Source: Candidatus Krumholzibacteriia bacterium | GTDB taxonomy: Bacteria; Krumholzibacteriota; Krumholzibacteriia; JAJRXK01 | Length of the DNA stretch: 64,000 bases | Direction: 5' to 3' | Assembly (NCBI GenBank): GCA_041484665.1 | Contig: JBGPIA010000019.1 | Coordinates: forward strand, 17,493-81,492 | Shown here: positions 30,861 through 41,191 of the stretch, piece after piece | Layout: each line of letters opens with the position of its first letter | How positions within the stretch are numbered: the first letter of the stretch is position 1 | Translations under genes and position numbers: made by a program | The notes under the pieces: generated by a model | What the model was told of the DNA's origin: nothing | Seen by the model: the letters and a program-made list of their open reading frames with translations, nothing else | The model's database searches: none

Positions 30861-32393
30861 ATGTCACGAACTTCAGTCCACCATGCTTGGCGCGTCCTAC
30901 ACGGCAGCCTCACGCTCGCCTGTGTGGGCTTAGCGCTCCCACTGTGTGCGATGGCGACGCATTCCCACGTGGGCAGTTCACCCTTCCCACCCCCGGATCA
31001 GGAAGACACCCGGTTCATCCGGGACGTCAGCCCCGGCCTGGACCGCGGCTGCACGTACCGAGACTTCGGCCCACGCATCATCCAAGTAGGCATCACCCGG
31101 TACGTCGGCATGGTCGACGGTAACGGCAACCTCCAGAACGCCCAGCAGCTCAGAGACAATGGCGTTGTCTCCGCGAAGGCGACGATTCGCCTCCCAGCGT
31201 TCGACATCGATGAGCACGCCAATCCCCCGGGGCTGGCACCTGAGCAAGACCGCATCACGTTCAACGGGCATGACCTCGGCTTTCTCTCAGGCGACAACAA
31301 CGTGTGGAAGCTCAACGAGTTCGAGGTACCTATCGAATGGGTGAAGTTCCCCGCACGCGGCGCAGACGGGGCACTCCCCTCCGAAACCTTGAACGAGGTG
31401 CGCATCGACATCGACGTGGGCAATGCCGCATCGGGACAGTTCGTGTGGTGCATGGACGTCGACTGGGTTGAAATCGAATTCCAAGCCATGGCACCCCTTC
31501 TCTTGGTGCATGGCACGGCTGCGCAGTCAGACTCGTGGGACGGCGCCGTCGTGAACCGCCTCGAGAATCAGCGAATCCCGTACAGCCGCGCCATCAACAT
31601 GCCCCAAGGCGGGAACGGGACGATCGACGGGAACGCACAATTCCTCCGCGGTCGCGTCGAAGCACTCGCGAAGAGCTTCGGCGCGAAGAAGATACACCTC
31701 GTCTGCCACAGCAAGGGCGGCCTGGACAGCAGGCGCTTCCTCGGCACCCACGCTGGAGGCTTGGACGTGGAAATCCTATCTCTCTATACGATCGACACAC
31801 CGCATGGAGGCACGGTGGTGTCGGACCTGGCAGTAGCGCGGCGCAACCTCAACGACCCGCACACGGTGGATCCCGTCATCCAAGACTTCTGGAACGCTGA
31901 CCGACTCGCCGGGATTGTCGACATCTTCCTGAACCTACCACACGACCCAGCACTCAGCGAGCAGACCGTGGCGCACATGGCAGACTTCAACGACGACAAC
32001 CCATACACTAGCAGCGCGTTGTTCTACAACTTCGCAGCCGACGCCGACCTAAACGGGAACCGCCACATCGAAGCAGCCGAGGCCTCCCCCACGATTCGCG
32101 TGTTCTCGGAACGCATCGGCTCGCTGATGTACCGGGTCCTGGGCACCATGGCAGGCGTCAGCGTCGTGCGCCGCACGAACCTGTGGGGACTGAACGAATG
32201 GCACGACGTCACCGCCATCCCGACGACGAGCTTCCAGGAGAATGACCTCGTCGTCACCACCCGGAGCGCACGACACGCCGCAGGCTCCCTCCTGGGAGGA
32301 GTGCAGGACGCGAATCACAGCAGCATCAAGAACACCGAGGTGACGGACATGATCCTCACCCGGATCCGCGCGGACTTCCCCGTGCGTGAGTAG
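30861..32393 (+). CDS. Secreted alpha/beta-hydrolase (lipase/esterase-like) with N-terminal beta domain
   Basis: Signal peptide; LLVHGT, HLVCHSKGG (nucleophile Ser), TPHGGT, ENDLVV, ANHSSI. Confidence 0.8.
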   Translation: MSRTSVHHAWRVLHGSLTLACVGLALPLCAMATHSHVGSSPFPPPDQEDTRFIRDVSPGLDRGCTYRDFGPRIIQVGITRYVGMVDGNGNLQNAQQLRDNGVVSAKATIRLPAFDIDEHANPPGLAPEQDRITFNGHDLGFLSGDNNVWKLNEFEVPIEWVKFPARGADGALPSETLNEVRIDIDVGNAASGQFVWCMDVDWVEIEFQAMAPLLLVHGTAAQSDSWDGAVVNRLENQRIPYSRAINMPQGGNGTIDGNAQFLRGRVEALAKSFGAKKIHLVCHSKGGLDSRRFLGTHAGGLDVEILSLYTIDTPHGGTVVSDLAVARRNLNDPHTVDPVIQDFWNADRLAGIVDIFLNLPHDPALSEQTVAHMADFNDDNPYTSSALFYNFAADADLNGNRHIEAAEASPTIRVFSERIGSLMYRVLGTMAGVSVVRRTNLWGLNEWHDVTAIPTTSFQENDLVVTTRSARHAAGSLLGGVQDANHSSIKNTEVTDMILTRIRADFPVRE

Positions 32394-32404
32394 GAACGCT
32401 CCCT

Positions 32405-33115
32405 GTGCGCCACGTCTCCCGGAGAAAGCGGATCCTTGTCGTGGGCTGCATCCTCGGATTCATCCTCGTCCTGCTGTACAAGGTGAACCATGAGGGGTGC
32501 TTCCGTACGACGCAGGGCGGCGTGATAAGCGTCGATACAACGCAAATCGGCGCGAGCATCACTCCACCACGCGTCTACTACGCCAATGACGAGACGCGCC
32601 ACGTGCTGATAACCAACAGCAGACCTGATGCGCCTGGTGAAGCAGTGCTGGCCCTAGAAGTAGCCCTCCAGACCGGTGGCACACGCACGTTACAGGTGGA
32701 CCCGGAGACACGCGGCGGTGTGAAGGTAACTGCCGACGGCCAGCGCAGCGAGCGTGACGGGAACACCCAGACGTTGACTGACGGAACCGGGAGAAGTGTG
32801 GCACGGCAGGAATTCACAGGCGTGCACGTACGGTGGCCCGTCTACTACGTGTTGAGCTTCCCGGAACCACGCGCGACAGGGTGGGCGTGGGTGGACCGCT
32901 ATACGGGGACCATTCGCGTATCACTCGGTGGGGCGAAGGACGCTACAATGGCAACCATCCAGCGCCACGTGGTCAACGCGCGCTACGTCCCGGCACTCTC
33001 TGACATCGGAGCCTGGACGCCCGACGGGGAGTACTTCATCGTGCGCGATTCTGGGAAGGGTTGTTCTACCGTGCTGGTCCTCCAGCACGCCACAAGCGAA
33101 GGAGAATCGCAATGA
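32405..33115 (+). CDS. Hypothetical membrane-anchored protein
   Basis: N-terminal basic residues plus hydrophobic helix. Its stop overlaps the next ATG (ATGA). Confidence 0.6.
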   Translation: MRHVSRRKRILVVGCILGFILVLLYKVNHEGCFRTTQGGVISVDTTQIGASITPPRVYYANDETRHVLITNSRPDAPGEAVLALEVALQTGGTRTLQVDPETRGGVKVTADGQRSERDGNTQTLTDGTGRSVARQEFTGVHVRWPVYYVLSFPEPRATGWAWVDRYTGTIRVSLGGAKDATMATIQRHVVNARYVPALSDIGAWTPDGEYFIVRDSGKGCSTVLVLQHATSEGESQ

Positions 33116-35607
33116 CACGCACACTGCGCACTACGTGCGCATTACTCGTCACAGCCCTCGCCTGCTCGGCTGGCGGGGCGACGCCTGCGACTGCTCGGGA
33201 AGCGTCGCTGCAGCTCGAGCTGCTCCCCGTCCAGTCCTTCAGCGCCGTCCTCACACCAGCCCAGCCCGTCGCCACCGTACCGATTACGGTGGACGCGAAT
33301 GCCCTGGTCGTCGTGTCGTCCACGTCACGTGAGCTTCAGCCCGCCCTCGTCAGTCCAACGGGTGAGCGCTTCGCCTTCGGAGAGCCGCTTCGGCGGGGCG
33401 TGGCATCAGAGGCGATCCCAGACCCTGCCCAGCCCGGAATCACGGGGGTGAACTACTACTTCACGTTGGAAGGGGCGGAATCCGGGAACTGGGCGATCGA
33501 GGTTAGCCAGCAAGGCGGCGTGCAGGCCAACGTGGAGCTCTCTTGCGACGTCATCTACGAGAGCGCGCGTGCGGCAAGTCTCCTGGGTACGGGAGAAACG
33601 TACCCTGTCGGCGCGAACGTAAACCTCGGCTTCGTCCTCACGAACGGCACAAGCCTGGCCACCGGGCTCAACCCCACCGGTCGCTTGTTCAAGATCGACG
33701 ACCCCACCTTTCCAGACACGGAAGTCGCATTCGCGGACGCAGACGGGGACGCCGTGTACACCCTCACCTTCGTGCCGGCCCAGCCGGGCGAGTACCAAGT
33801 GAACGCGCGCGCAACCGCGACCGACGCAGGAGTGCCGTACGCTCGTACAGCAGGCGGGCGCTTCCTTGTCGTAAGCCAAGCAGGAACGCTCGATGGCAGC
33901 TTCCATGACCGCAGCATCGACGACGACGCAGACACCCGCATCGACCGTATCGGCGTCGCGCCGGGAGCAAGCGTGATTGAACCTGGAACGTTCCTCGTCA
34001 CCCTCATCCTGACAGGCGGGAACGGCCGCCAACTGCAAGCAACCGTCGCGCAGGACCTCAGTGCCGGCACGTCATTCCCCGAGGTGCACTTCGACGCGCG
34101 CGAAGTAGGACGCGTCCTAGGTGACGGCCCGTACGCAGTATCCGTCGCGCGCCTAGAACGGAAACGAAGTGACGGAGCGGTCGTGCAGGACGAGAAATAC
34201 GACCTCGGCCTGACCGCCGCGTACCGCGCAGCAGACTTCGCCCGCGACCCTATCATCCTCGTCGGGAATCCGGACGCGTTCGGAACGGACGTAAATGCAA
34301 ACCAGCGCTTCGACCTCCTCTCAGTGCAGCTGCACCTTGACCTCCTCACCAGTGCCGGTTACTCGTGGAGCGCGCGCCTAGTCGACCCGCACGGGACCGA
34401 ACTGGGCTTCACAACCGGTAGCGCGTCCCTGACTGCGGGCAGCCAGACCATCGCGCTCAACTTCCCGGGGGAGCCGATCGGCGCGAACGGGGTCGACGGC
34501 CCGTACGACATCCGCAGTTTCATCATCTTCGGCGGCGGGGAGTCCCTCATCGCGAATTCCGCCGGCTTCACCCCATTCTTCAGCGCGTCACAATTCGAGG
34601 GATTCGTCAACCCCGACGTGACACCGCCGGTACTAGCCGTAACGCTGAGCCCCACCGAGTTGTGGCCGCCCAACCACGGACTCGTCGAGATCACTCCGAC
34701 CGTCGTGGTCGTGGACGACTTCGACCCCCACCCTGCCGTCGCGCTCGAAGCAATCCAGAGCAGCGAAGGCGATGACATGACAGGGGACGGGCACACCACG
34801 AACGACATCCAGGTCGACCCGCAAGGACGCATCTTCCTGCGCGCCGAGCGTGCCGGGGGAGCCACCGGACGCGTGTACACGCTCACCTACCGCGCGTCAG
34901 ACGCGACCGGGAACGCGACGACCGTCGACGCGCGCGTCATGGTTCCCCACGACCGCAAAGGCGGAGGCGGAAGGAGTACGACCAGGAAGCAGACCGGGGA
35001 CGAAGGGATGCTCGCCGTTGCAGCGACAAGCGCAAGCTTCGTACACACGGGAGACCTGGTGAGCGTGCGGTGGGCCACCGCGCACACGGTGGGGCGCGTG
35101 AGCGCCAACGCACGACTGCGCGACCAGAAATCAGGGGCAGAAACCCCCGTCGCCGCGGAGGCTGAAGGTCAGGACTGGGAAACGTGGGCGATGCAGGAGC
35201 TTCCGGGAGGCGTGTACGACGTGCTAGTCAGCATCCACGACGATCGCCCCGGCCCGCCCACGGAGGTCGTGGCGGGCGCGCTGCGCCTCCAGGGAGGCAA
35301 AGAGGGAACAGGCGTGCCAGGAGCGACGCTCCTACACGGACCGTTCCCAAACCCCTTCAACCCCCAAACCACGCTGGAACTCGCACTCGCAGCCGACGCG
35401 GACGTAACGCTCGTCGTGTACGACGTGGCAGGCCGCGTCGTGCGCCATCTCACGTCCGGACGGCTGCCTGCGGGAACGCACACCGTGGTGTGGGACGGCA
35501 GTGACGATACGGGCACACCAGTGTCCTCGGGCACCTACATCACCAGGCTCACCCTTGACGGGAAGGCGGTACGCGGTGCCGAACGACGACTCGTACTTGT
35601 CAGGTAG
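33112..35607 (+). CDS. Secreted multi-Ig/beta-sandwich protein with LWPPNH domain and C-terminal FlgD-Ig sorting domain
   Basis: Signal peptide; DxDxDG-type Ca motifs; LWPPNH...LRAERAG...GRVYTLTY; C-terminal PNPFNPQT...VYDVAGRVV...WDGSDDTG. Confidence 0.8.
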   Translation: MTRTLRTTCALLVTALACSAGGATPATAREASLQLELLPVQSFSAVLTPAQPVATVPITVDANALVVVSSTSRELQPALVSPTGERFAFGEPLRRGVASEAIPDPAQPGITGVNYYFTLEGAESGNWAIEVSQQGGVQANVELSCDVIYESARAASLLGTGETYPVGANVNLGFVLTNGTSLATGLNPTGRLFKIDDPTFPDTEVAFADADGDAVYTLTFVPAQPGEYQVNARATATDAGVPYARTAGGRFLVVSQAGTLDGSFHDRSIDDDADTRIDRIGVAPGASVIEPGTFLVTLILTGGNGRQLQATVAQDLSAGTSFPEVHFDAREVGRVLGDGPYAVSVARLERKRSDGAVVQDEKYDLGLTAAYRAADFARDPIILVGNPDAFGTDVNANQRFDLLSVQLHLDLLTSAGYSWSARLVDPHGTELGFTTGSASLTAGSQTIALNFPGEPIGANGVDGPYDIRSFIIFGGGESLIANSAGFTPFFSASQFEGFVNPDVTPPVLAVTLSPTELWPPNHGLVEITPTVVVVDDFDPHPAVALEAIQSSEGDDMTGDGHTTNDIQVDPQGRIFLRAERAGGATGRVYTLTYRASDATGNATTVDARVMVPHDRKGGGGRSTTRKQTGDEGMLAVAATSASFVHTGDLVSVRWATAHTVGRVSANARLRDQKSGAETPVAAEAEGQDWETWAMQELPGGVYDVLVSIHDDRPGPPTEVVAGALRLQGGKEGTGVPGATLLHGPFPNPFNPQTTLELALAADADVTLVVYDVAGRVVRHLTSGRLPAGTHTVVWDGSDDTGTPVSSGTYITRLTLDGKAVRGAERRLVLVR

Positions 35608-35754
35608 TCCAGGCCGGGACGAAGAATCCACGCACGCAGACCGCCGACGTGCTGGGGATTATGGTGGGGACACCCGCCCGTACTGCTGGCACGCCACGGG
35701 CTTGCCTGGGCGGGGGGTTGTGCCCAGCCCGAACGGCGTAGGCTCGGCAGTGTC

Positions 35755-37050
35755 ATGCCGTACTCCTTCGAAGCAACCCTCGGCACGTGCGTGGTGCGCC
35801 TGCAGTCGTGGGAGGCGCCTGCCGCGTGGCTACGGCCCGCGTCGAGCGCGGACTGGTACGCGTGGACGCCGGACCTGGACGTCGTGGCGTGGCTTGACGG
35901 ACATGGAGCAGAATCACTCGGCCAGAATGTCGAGGGGATTACTCCAGGCGCTGGGGAGGATGCCTTCGCCGCGTTCGCCCGCAGCATCCCGGAGCCCGTC
36001 CGGAAGGCGGTGGGCGTGTTCCCGGAGCGCCAATTCCACCTCGTACGCCTCACCGCGATCATCCCTGAGCTCGCCGACATCGCACGCAGCAATCCGTGCC
36101 TCGCCTTCATGCTCACGCTGCCCGCGTACTTCACGGGGACGCCTCGTCATGCCTGGTGGGCGCGCGCGCACGACGCGCACCTCGACGTCGAATGCGTGCG
36201 TGGGCTCGTGCGAAGACGCCAGCGCACCACCCTCACCAACTTGGGATTCCCCGCTGAGGGTTCGGTGGGCGTCGTGCGTAAAGTCGTGCCTGCAGCGCTT
36301 ACGCTGCAGCGCTGTCGGGCTCTGCGGGCCGCGCTGCACCGCCGCGGCGTCCGGGAGCGCCTCGTGCACCTTCCCCGCGTGAATGCGGGCGTCCTCGCCT
36401 TGGTCTCTGAGGAGCTTGAGGCGCACACGACCGCTGGCTTCCTCGAAGCCGTCGCGCTGGACGCCGGGCAGGACCGGGAAGCGACGACCGCGGCTCTGGT
36501 GCGTGACGCGGTCAGCCTCGCCCGGCAGGTCGGACGCGACCTCCGTGGACTGGTCTTCCGCTCAGGTGAGCATGTCTGCGCGGTGCATGACGAACTCGTG
36601 CAGGAGTGGCAGGCCCAGCACCTTGAGCGCCGCCCACATGCGCGCCGACAAGCCGACCCGCGTCCAGGCACGGACACGCCCAGCGTGGAAAGGCCGTTCC
36701 CCAGCCCACCAATCCCGGGGACGGACGCGATCATCCCGATCACGACGCCCGCACTCCTCCGCGAGGAAGCACAACGCATGAAAAACTGCTGCGCAACCTA
36801 CGCCGCGCGGATTCGGCGGCGTAAGTGCTACGTGTACCGCGTCCTCGAGCCCGAGCGCGCAACGCTGAGCATCACACGCACGAACGACGAGTGGGCGATC
36901 GAAGAACTACGCCGCGCCACGAACAAAGACGCGAATGCAGAGACGTGGACGGCGATCCGCGCGTGGCTCGCGACCGCCCCACGTGCCCACCTGCTACGAC
37001 GCCGACGAGGCCGACACAAGGGCCAACAACTGGCCCTGCCGATCCACTGA
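35755..37050 (+). CDS. PcfJ-domain protein
   Basis: C-terminal HDELV...LLREEAQRMKNCCATY...RATLSI, the PcfJ signature. Confidence 0.75.
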   Translation: MPYSFEATLGTCVVRLQSWEAPAAWLRPASSADWYAWTPDLDVVAWLDGHGAESLGQNVEGITPGAGEDAFAAFARSIPEPVRKAVGVFPERQFHLVRLTAIIPELADIARSNPCLAFMLTLPAYFTGTPRHAWWARAHDAHLDVECVRGLVRRRQRTTLTNLGFPAEGSVGVVRKVVPAALTLQRCRALRAALHRRGVRERLVHLPRVNAGVLALVSEELEAHTTAGFLEAVALDAGQDREATTAALVRDAVSLARQVGRDLRGLVFRSGEHVCAVHDELVQEWQAQHLERRPHARRQADPRPGTDTPSVERPFPSPPIPGTDAIIPITTPALLREEAQRMKNCCATYAARIRRRKCYVYRVLEPERATLSITRTNDEWAIEELRRATNKDANAETWTAIRAWLATAPRAHLLRRRRGRHKGQQLALPIH

Positions 37051-37724
37051 TAGCCCTCTCAAACGCACCAGGCCCGGCAAGGGGGGCGGCTTGATCTCGT
37101 CACGCGCTGGTGTCCGCGACACTGGCGGAGGCCCGGCGACTCCGAGGCGGCCAAGCGACGGGAAGGCCGACGCGTACACTCCACGCACAAATAGAACTTC
37201 CAGCAAGTCGGGCTGGCAGGATAACCGCGGGGGACCAACTCGCGTCGCTTTGGCGAACGGCAGGACTCCAACGACCCGTCGTGCGCAGTCCCTCGCCTGA
37301 AAGCCCCGCAAACCAGGCCGGCGATTGGGCCGCAAACCTACGTGCGTACGATGATCCCCTACACCACGCCGACGCCCTGGTCGCGCGTGCATCGCAACCG
37401 GGCAGGCGACGCAGCGAGCCGTGCGGGCAGAGTGCCAGCATCGGCCTTGGAACATTCCGGGGGGAAGCTTCTGCCGCTTTGCGTCTCTTCTAATGCCGGG
37501 TGCGACGTGCTGCTCCCCGCAGTGAGCGGATCGGACGCGCGGGCGTCGCGTCCTGAAGGGACGAGACCACTCCGCGACCTGATCGCAGCGGCGAGAAACC
37601 AGTGGGCCGCATGATGGCCTGCCGCGGCGGCTGGCGGGTCCGGCGGAGTCCCGAGCCTGTGGACTTCAACGAGGGCGCTGTACACACGAGACTGGCACAC
37701 CCAAGACGACTGGGGGGGAGAGCG

Positions 37725-38615
37725 ATGGAGAACGGCCTTCGCGCGCTCGGGTGGCTGCCCGACGTGCCCAGCATCAAGGACTACACGGACACTCATGACG
37801 AAATCGGCGCGCTCCTCACCAAGACCGCACTTGGGAAGCCGGCGCGGGGCGCACGGTCGACCGCGGGGGCTCCTGGCGCGCTGCCGGCGAAGGTCGACTT
37901 GCGGTCAGACTTCTCGCCCCTGGAGGATCAGGGCTCCCTGGGCTCCTGCACCGCGCAAGCCGCCGTCGGGCTCCTCGAGTACTTCGGGCACAAGACCACG
38001 GGGGCCTTCATCGACGCCTCCCGCCTCTTCGTCTACAAGGCGACGCGCGACCTCTTGGGCTGGACAGGCGACACAGGCGCGTACATCCGCTCGGCCATGG
38101 GCGCCCTCGTGCTCTTCGGCGCACCCCCCGAGCGGTACTGGCCATACGACGCCCGGCCAGCAGCGAGCAACGCTCGCTACGATGCCGAGCCCACCGCGTT
38201 CTGCTACGCGTACGCCGCGGACTTCAAGGCCCTGAAGTACTTCCGCCTCGACCCCAACGGAGCCACGCCCCAGGAATCCCTCCAAAACGTCAAACGATAC
38301 ATCGCCGAGGGGTTTCCGAGCATGTTCGGATTCCCCGTGTACAACGAGTTCGACGCCCCGCTGCCCGGAGGCCTCGTCCCGTATCCAAGCCCGACTAGCC
38401 ACCTGCGCGGCGGCCACGCGATCGTCGCGCTCGGGTACGATGACAACCTGCAAGTGGGCGCTGATACCGGAGCACTCCTCATCCGCAACTCATGGGGCAC
38501 AACCTGGGGAGACGGCGGGTACGGGTGGCTCTCCTACCGGTACGTCACGGACGCACTCGCCATGGACTGGTGGACCCTCATCAAAGCCGCATGGGTCGAC
38601 ACGGGAAAGTTCTAA
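37725..38615 (+). CDS. Papain-like C1 cysteine protease
   Basis: LGWLPD, DQGSLGSCTA, GGHAIVALGYD, IRNSWGTTWGDGGYG. Confidence 0.92.
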   Translation: MENGLRALGWLPDVPSIKDYTDTHDEIGALLTKTALGKPARGARSTAGAPGALPAKVDLRSDFSPLEDQGSLGSCTAQAAVGLLEYFGHKTTGAFIDASRLFVYKATRDLLGWTGDTGAYIRSAMGALVLFGAPPERYWPYDARPAASNARYDAEPTAFCYAYAADFKALKYFRLDPNGATPQESLQNVKRYIAEGFPSMFGFPVYNEFDAPLPGGLVPYPSPTSHLRGGHAIVALGYDDNLQVGADTGALLIRNSWGTTWGDGGYGWLSYRYVTDALAMDWWTLIKAAWVDTGKF

Positions 38616-39106
38616 GCATGTCGACCCAGACAAACGCTGCCCGGGGCAAGCCGTGCGGGAGGGCGCGAAGATGACCTAGGAGCGGACGAGGGCGACGAGG
38701 GGACGAGCGCACTCGCGACCTGACGCACGCGCAGGTGGGTGCGCGAAGTACGGTGTGACACGGGAGTTCGGGGACGGCCCCCGCCAAGGCTCCGCGGGGG
38801 CCGCAGCCCACGGAGGAACACGCCGTTGAACCCAACACTCCAGCATGGCCACCGGAAGCGCACCGCACCCCGGCTTGAGCCACCGCGGGCCACTGATGGC
38901 CGGATGCCAGAACGAATTGTTGACGTACGGCGCACAGGGGCAGCGTTGACTGCCAGGCTGGGACCCGGTGAGGACGAGGCCGACGAAGCCGTAAGGTGGG
39001 GGGCGTAACGGCGAGTGCACCAAAGGGTCGAGCGAGTAGGAACAGCGAGGACTGATTCCGGCGCACGACCGCGCGGCACCGGTGCTCACGGTGAAGGGAG
39101 TTGCAC

Positions 39107-40390
39107 ATGACGCCCGAACTAACACGCGCCTTGGAAGGAGCGGCGGGCGCAATACTCGGACTGCTCGTCTTCCAGACCGCCCTCGTGCGTCGCGCCCGTC
39201 GAAAGAATCCGACGGTGACCTTCTGGGATCTGGTGGTCACAAGCGAGGACAACAAGTACAGCCTTTCGCGCTTGCAGTTCTACCTCTGGACCGTCGCAAT
39301 CGTGGTCTCCTACGTCGCGCTGTGCGCGGCAGCTAAGAGGAGATGTGGCATTCCCGAGAGTCTCTATCTCCTCATGGGGGTCAACGCGGCATCCGCCGTG
39401 ACGTCCACCGCGATCACCGTATCGCAAGACCTCGTCCCGAAGAGCACAAAAGCCGACAAGCCGAATTTTGTTGCGGATATCTTCCTCGATTCCATGCGGA
39501 GTCTTGATCTACCACGCACGCAAATGTTCGTCTGGACGGTCCTCACACTCGGCGGCTACCTCCTCGCGGTGGCACACCGCATTGACGGCACGTACCTCAA
39601 AAGCCCCGGCCCCGACGAGGGAGCGATCCTAGTAGGGCGCGCGAAGGGTGTGCAGGATGATGACACGCTGCTGCGACGCGTGACCTTTGTGCCGGGCGAC
39701 GTGAGACACCAAGGCGATGGGGTCGACGTGGACGGATCTGCGGAGCTGCGCGGGCAGTTCTTCCTGCCGCTCCGGAAAATGGGGAATGGGGACGTCGTGT
39801 TTCTGGTAGTGCGACCGAAGGTACCGCACGTGTCGAGGCTTGGGGTCCTGGCGTTTATCGTTGGAGTGGTGTGTACGGGGATTGCGGTGGCTTGCATTGC
39901 GTACGGACGGCGATGGGGCGAACGCCTGGCGGGGCATGAGGCGGCGGGCGCTGTAATTAATGCGCTTCAAGTGGGGGTACTGCTTGAGAACGAAAACGGC
40001 GTAGTCGTTGGAGCCAATCAGCGGGCGGAGGAGATCCTGAAGCGACGGCTACCGCGTTTCGGAGAAATTCAGATTGGGGAGCCGACCTCTGTTCAAGCCG
40101 ACGGCTTGCTGGAAGACATGATTGTTGCGGCTGACACGACAGGCCGCCCGCAGGGAGTGGCGGCACGGTACGCGGAGGTCATTCCGGGACTACGGGCGGC
40201 CGGAGATCCGTCGATGTACTATGGAAGGCCGCGGAAAGGGAAGGGATGGGTGCGCGTTTCCGGAAGCCCTCTCCCGAAGGAGCAACAGCGGGGAACCGGC
40301 GTACCTACAGTCGCGGTTGTTGAGCCTTTGTGGGGCGTGACGGTAGGTGAGCTGGACGGCCTGTACCACAGGCATACGGGGGAGGCTTGA
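39107..40390 (+). CDS. Membrane protein, possibly chimeric, with C-terminal PAS-like segment
   Basis: SLSRLQFYLWT / IPESLYLLMG / DLPRTQMFVWT membrane motifs, followed by an unrelated region with a TM helix and VVVGANQRAEEIL. Confidence 0.55.
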   Translation: MTPELTRALEGAAGAILGLLVFQTALVRRARRKNPTVTFWDLVVTSEDNKYSLSRLQFYLWTVAIVVSYVALCAAAKRRCGIPESLYLLMGVNAASAVTSTAITVSQDLVPKSTKADKPNFVADIFLDSMRSLDLPRTQMFVWTVLTLGGYLLAVAHRIDGTYLKSPGPDEGAILVGRAKGVQDDDTLLRRVTFVPGDVRHQGDGVDVDGSAELRGQFFLPLRKMGNGDVVFLVVRPKVPHVSRLGVLAFIVGVVCTGIAVACIAYGRRWGERLAGHEAAGAVINALQVGVLLENENGVVVGANQRAEEILKRRLPRFGEIQIGEPTSVQADGLLEDMIVAADTTGRPQGVAARYAEVIPGLRAAGDPSMYYGRPRKGKGWVRVSGSPLPKEQQRGTGVPTVAVVEPLWGVTVGELDGLYHRHTGEA

Positions 40391-40391
40391 A

Positions 40392-41129
40392 ATGGATGAG
40401 ATTACGGTGTTTATCGCCGCGATGGTGCTGGGAACGGGAGCTGCAATTCTGGCGCGTGAGGTGACGCGCTACGCCATTGGTATGTGGGTACGGAGGAATC
40501 CGCACGGGGAGGGCCGCGAGCGGGTCGTCGTACACTTGCGGAACCGAGAACGAGTGTCAGTGGAAGGCCGGGTCGCAGTCACACTGCGTGTGCGAACTGC
40601 GAACGGGAGGATTTGCTCGGAGCCGCGAATGCTCGCGGGCCCGTTAAGGGTGACGGGCCGGTGGGTTGGTGAGGAAGGGCAACAGTTCGTGTTCGAGTGC
40701 GAGGGCTTCCAGGCGCTGACCGCATGGCGTGTCGAGTGCGTGGTAGAAGCGGGAACGCGCTTAGGGGTGGCCGTTGAGGGAAGCGAGAGTGGCGAGGGTG
40801 ACGCTGCGCCTGAGCGATTTGCAGTGCGTCAGGTGAAGGACGGGGCGCGCCGCCCGCAGTCGCCGCGGTGGGGGGTATGGTGGCTGACCGTGGCGGGGGC
40901 GATCGGCGCGTACCTCTTCCCTTTTGCGTTTCGCGATACCTGGATGGTTCCATTCGGCAGCCGTCTACCCGCTCCCGAGTTTGGCGTTGATGGACTGGCA
41001 TGCCTTGGAATAGCAGGGGGCAGCTGGGTGCTGTTCGTCGCGTGCCGGCGGAAGGTTCCGCCCATTATTCAGGGCTACACGGGGTGGGAGGCGCTTGCCG
41101 ATACCTCTGCTGCCAAGGCCGGCAGGTAG
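40392..41129 (+). CDS. Hypothetical membrane protein
   Basis: GGAGG RBS, three hydrophobic segments, adjacent to the upstream gene. Confidence 0.55.
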   Translation: MDEITVFIAAMVLGTGAAILAREVTRYAIGMWVRRNPHGEGRERVVVHLRNRERVSVEGRVAVTLRVRTANGRICSEPRMLAGPLRVTGRWVGEEGQQFVFECEGFQALTAWRVECVVEAGTRLGVAVEGSESGEGDAAPERFAVRQVKDGARRPQSPRWGVWWLTVAGAIGAYLFPFAFRDTWMVPFGSRLPAPEFGVDGLACLGIAGGSWVLFVACRRKVPPIIQGYTGWEALADTSAAKAGR

Positions 41130-41191
41130 GAACACCTGAGGAAACTGTGTGTAGAACCGCGGCGAAGGCTCGGGATTGAAGCATCAGTCTA

